NCBI GenBank assembly: GCA_964016885.1
Contig: OZ024741.1
Location: 38,936,001-39,000,000, forward strand
From: Eledone cirrhosa
Taxonomy: Eukaryota
Direction of reading: 5' to 3'
Length of the DNA stretch: 64,000 nt
The notes under the pieces are model-generated. The model searched no databases and was not told where the DNA came from. It saw nothing but the letters and a program-made list of their open reading frames with translations. Shown here piece after piece: positions 59,971 through 64,000 of this stretch (the stretch's first letter is position 1; each line of letters starts with the position of its first letter). Position numbers and translations under genes: made by a program.

Positions 59971-60865
59971 ATAATACTAATAAGATAACGTTGGTATGCA
60001 TTAAAGCCTATGACATCCATCCCAGGTTATGTTATAAAACATATAGTTTGAAAGCACCTGAAAATGACCTAACAACCAGCCAGTCAATAGAATACGGTGT
60101 GTTAACAAAAAACTATAAAAAATAACTATGAATGGAGATGTCGATGCGCTTGACTGATTTTCTCTGACACAAACAAGCAGAGCTGATATTCAAGATGAAT
60201 AAAGACACACAGGAATGTCATAACGTGGTTTTGAACGTTATGTACGAACAATAGACAAGCTGTCAACAGATGTCTAAAGAATCATTGTTACAATAATAAA
60301 CGGTAGTTGTTGTGTGTTTGGTGTGGGAAGGTGTAAAGAAGGGTAGGTTAATTTGGGTTGAAATATACTATTTTCTATGAAGCTACACTTTGTGAAGTGA
60401 AATAACACCGAAAAAGGGGTGGATTACGAAAATATGTTCGTTCATTTCAGTACCTCATACATGACTGCTTCAGATGATTGTACCGTGTATATGTGTGATA
60501 AAAGCACTTGGTGTCACTTTTGAAAAGATTCATCCTGTGACCTGACCAAATACAGGAAATATGACAATCATGTAGAGAAAATATTCACCTTTCTAAAGCT
60601 CTGTATCAAGTTGACATTCTATGTGACTCCTTATCTCGACAATGTAACTCTCTGTTGTTTATACAAAAATAAACTACCACTTAACCTGTTCACAATATGG
60701 GAAATTGGTGGAATAGTTAGAATGTCGGGTAGAGTGCTTGGTGGTATTGGTTTCGGTTCTCTGAATTCTGAGTTAAAAACCCGCGGAGCTCAACTTTGCC
60801 TTTCATCCTTTCAAGGTCAATAAAAAGTATAGTTGTTGATTCTTTCTCTAAATCTCTTTTTCACG

Positions 60866-60955
<90 letters not shown>

Positions 60956-61366
60956 CTAGCTCACTCTCTCTCCCTCTCTCGATATATATCTCTATCCCCC
61001 CCCCCCATCTCTCTATCTATCTATCTATCTTTCTATCTAGCTCTCACTCTCTCTCTCTCTCTCTCTGATATGAAAGATCGGTTGTGTAGGATGGGCTCCG
61101 CTATGTTTAAAATACGCAAGACATGGCGTCCCTACGACTCCATCATGGGTTCACAGCATTTAAAACAATATGAGACCTTCCATAAATTATATGAAGGTTC
61201 GCTAAGTTGGCAGAGTTTTTACAGAGTACGACAATGATTTTCCTTAAAGCATTGAATAATGCAGCATTTGTTCCCCGATGATGTATGTGTGAGAGAAAGA
61301 GTGTATGTTTGTGTGTATGTGTGTGTGTGTATGTGTGTGTGTATGTGTGTGTGTGTATGTGTGTGT

Positions 61367-61476
<110 letters not shown>

Positions 61477-62122
61477 CTATGTTTGCTGTGTATGCCTCGT
61501 AATTTAGCGGTTTAACAAAAGGAGACCTATAATAATAGCAATAAGTACCAGATTCAAACATAAAGGCATGGGATCGATGCGACCAACTAAAACTTTTAAG
61601 GCATGGCCTTAGTCCAACAAGTAAAACCGGTAAAATAATAAAATAAAGTATATGAACTTATGAAATACTCAGTTTTATGATGGCGTCTAATGAAACTACT
61701 GATATTCGACAAAGCTTCCACATCTGAATTGGCGGAGTCGTTAGAGCACCGGATTCAATACCTCCGTATTTGTTCCGACTTACTACGTTCTGAGTATAAT
61801 TCTTTCCGTGGGAAATATTGCTATATATTTCATCGTGGTCGTTAAACAAAGTAGCACTGTAAAGGTGGACTGTTGGAATTGTTAAAGAGTCAGACGTGAT
61901 ACTCATTGTAGTGTTTACTTTTGCTCTGAACGTTCTGAGTTCAAATTCCGTCTCATGGCATCATACAAACAGAGAATGGTGACCGACAGATAGTAACAGC
62001 AATTAAAAGACTAATGGTAATAGTTTCCTTAGTACGACCTGATTGATGTTTGGATTCTTTCCTTTTTCAGAGCAGATTCCTACAAAAAAACACGACAAAT
62101 TTATACATGTCTTAGTATGGAG

Positions 62123-62309
62123 AATAATTGTTTCTACTTTTGGCACAAGGCCAGCAATTACTCCAGTGCATTACTGGTACTTTATTTTATCGACCCCGTA
62201 AGGATGAAAAGCAAAGTTGACCTCGGCGGGATTTGAACTCAGAATGGCAAGGGCCGTAACTCTATGCGTCAAAGCATGGCGTCCGACCCTCTACAGATAC
62301 TGCCAATCC
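62123..62309 (-). mobile_element. tRNA-derived SINE (same family as 23611); a further copy at 63923-64000 is cut by the window end
   Basis: Full-length reverse-complement match. Confidence 0.82.
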
Positions 62310-62691
62310 AAAATTAATAGTGTAGGATAAGGAGAGTGTGATGAAAAGCAACTCCATTATTTCCTCGTCTCCTATGCTTTCAGTATATAGTAAACAAAAT
62401 ATGAAATATCTCTAACCCAATAACCAAGATAGAGTGCCACTATTCTACAGGGATTACGTATTGGCACCATAGTTGGCCGAAAAGACGTTTGTTATAAGAA
62501 AAGCGTTGTGTTTAAATTGTAACATAAAACTGATAAGTAGCATTCCGTGCATGGCTGTCTGCAATGTACGACCTTCCTATAAAACCTGATGCTATAGAAA
62601 GATTTGATGTCATACATAAGAACGATTGTCCTGCTTAAGATTTAAGAAAATACAAATGGGTTTTAATATATATATATATTTATATATATAC

Positions 62692-62723
<32 letters not shown>

Positions 62724-63154
62724 TATATCCAGGGGGTGTAACTTGGAGTTACTGCAGGTTCACCCGGGAGAGCACTCGATGTTTAGGTTCACTTCTGTGA
62801 TGAGGTGTAGAGCTATACAGAGTGTAATATATTGAAAGGATAACAAGGACGATTGATTACTCCTTCATTGCATTTATTGATAGGTGACGCGCGTTTCGCC
62901 ACTGATCAGCTCAAGGTTCGATCTGTATCTATCCTACCCGACTCAATAATCGGCAGCTCGACGGACCCTTTTAAAATGCTATAAGAAAATGAAATACATG
63001 CTATGTGGTAAAGTCAGAATTTCAAGGGTTTGACAAAATGAGTTGTTTTGATTGGTGGGAAGGATCAAAACCAACTCGCTGTTTCGAAAATATTCTTACT
63101 TGACATTACAGTCGCTAAGTTTATAGCTTCTAATTTGAATGGAAACAGACAGGT

Positions 63155-63226
63155 GATGTGTTGGTGTAAATGGTAGCACAGTGGTCCGGATAACCAAAGA
63201 TGTGGGTTCGACTCCCATGTACGTCA
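63155..63226 (+). pseudogene. tRNA-like sequence (Pol III head) between 36-bp direct repeats
   Basis: GATGTGT/GTACGTC wobble-rich acceptor stem, TGGTGTAAATGG A box, GTGGGTTCGACTCCCAT T-arm; poor anticodon arm. Confidence 0.5.
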
Positions 63227-64000
63227 ATATTCATCGTTTTTCCATTTCTCCGAGGGTTCTTAACCCTACTATCTGGCTAAATAATTTATTTAATTTCTTT
63301 AGTCAAAATACGGCGATAGCTTACATTTATAATAATTTCAAACCAACTCGCTGTTTCGAAAATATTCTTACTTGATATATATATATATAAAATTGCAAGT
63401 TTGAAGAATTATTAGATAAAATATATACGGTATTTCCTCTCCCTCGTCCGTATAAATCCATCACGTAAATAATCATTTAAACGAGGCTATAAGTTTAAAA
63501 TGTAACTATGAAGAAATAATCGACAAATGATACAGACTATCTTCCGCGAGGAATATATATAGAAAGAGGGAGAGAGAGAAAGTGGGGGGATAGTGAAGGC
63601 GCGTGGCTGAATGATTGCAGAATTTGATTGGCAATTGTGAGGTTGTGAGTTCGATTCACGGACGGGACGATGCGTTATGTCCTTGGGCAAGACACTTTAT
63701 TTCACGTTGCTCCTTCTGGAGTTGCGACCGATCGAGAGTATTAGCAATTAGAAAGACCTCGGTACGATTTGACGAATGTCAATCAACTGTCGATATATAT
63801 ATATAAAATAATTAAGTCAAATATGTAAAATTTGGCTTCGTTTATTATAATACTGCTATATATATTTCACTTCGTTTATTTTTGGCTTCATTTTTGACTT
63901 CGTTATTTTTGGCTTCGTTTATTATAATTGTTTCTACTTTAGGCACAAGGCCAGCAATTACCTAGTGCATTACTGGTACGTTATTTTATCGACCCCGTAA

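Noticed and set aside
63155-63226. Functional tRNA gene
   Set aside because: Wobble-rich acceptor stem and non-canonical anticodon arm; treated as a derived Pol III head.

Overview
Eukaryotic, AT-rich, microsatellite-saturated intergenic or intronic DNA. The repeat content (tRNA-SINEs with a Nin/Deu-like core, RTE, R4/Dong, Tx1, huge (TA)n/(ATGT)n tracts) suggests a mollusc, probably a coleoid cephalopod; this is inference. No intact host gene is visible, and most ORF-track entries are microsatellite translations. Recognisable elements: a near full-length Tx1/L1-clade retrotransposon (1-4940, minus), further Tx1 3' pieces in (TATC)n, two R4/Dong-clade elements (one with a twin-priming-like 5' inversion), RTE and RTE-X fragments, a bipartite RTE-derived element in (ATGT)n, many SINEs, a solo LTR, a hAT MITE and a Tc1-like foldback element. 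The most striking signal is a set of short non-coding elements in (TA)n, each a fold-back palindrome plus a unique 3' tail, several carrying type I hammerhead ribozyme motifs (Penelope/retrozyme-like). One ~190-bp family (5 copies) keeps only the GAAAC-stem III-GUC half of a hammerhead, and its hairpin arms co-vary per copy. A degraded SGNH-hydrolase-like frame and a convergent BACK-like ORF near 57.2-57.9 kb are unexplained. All structures were read by eye; many boundaries are approximate.
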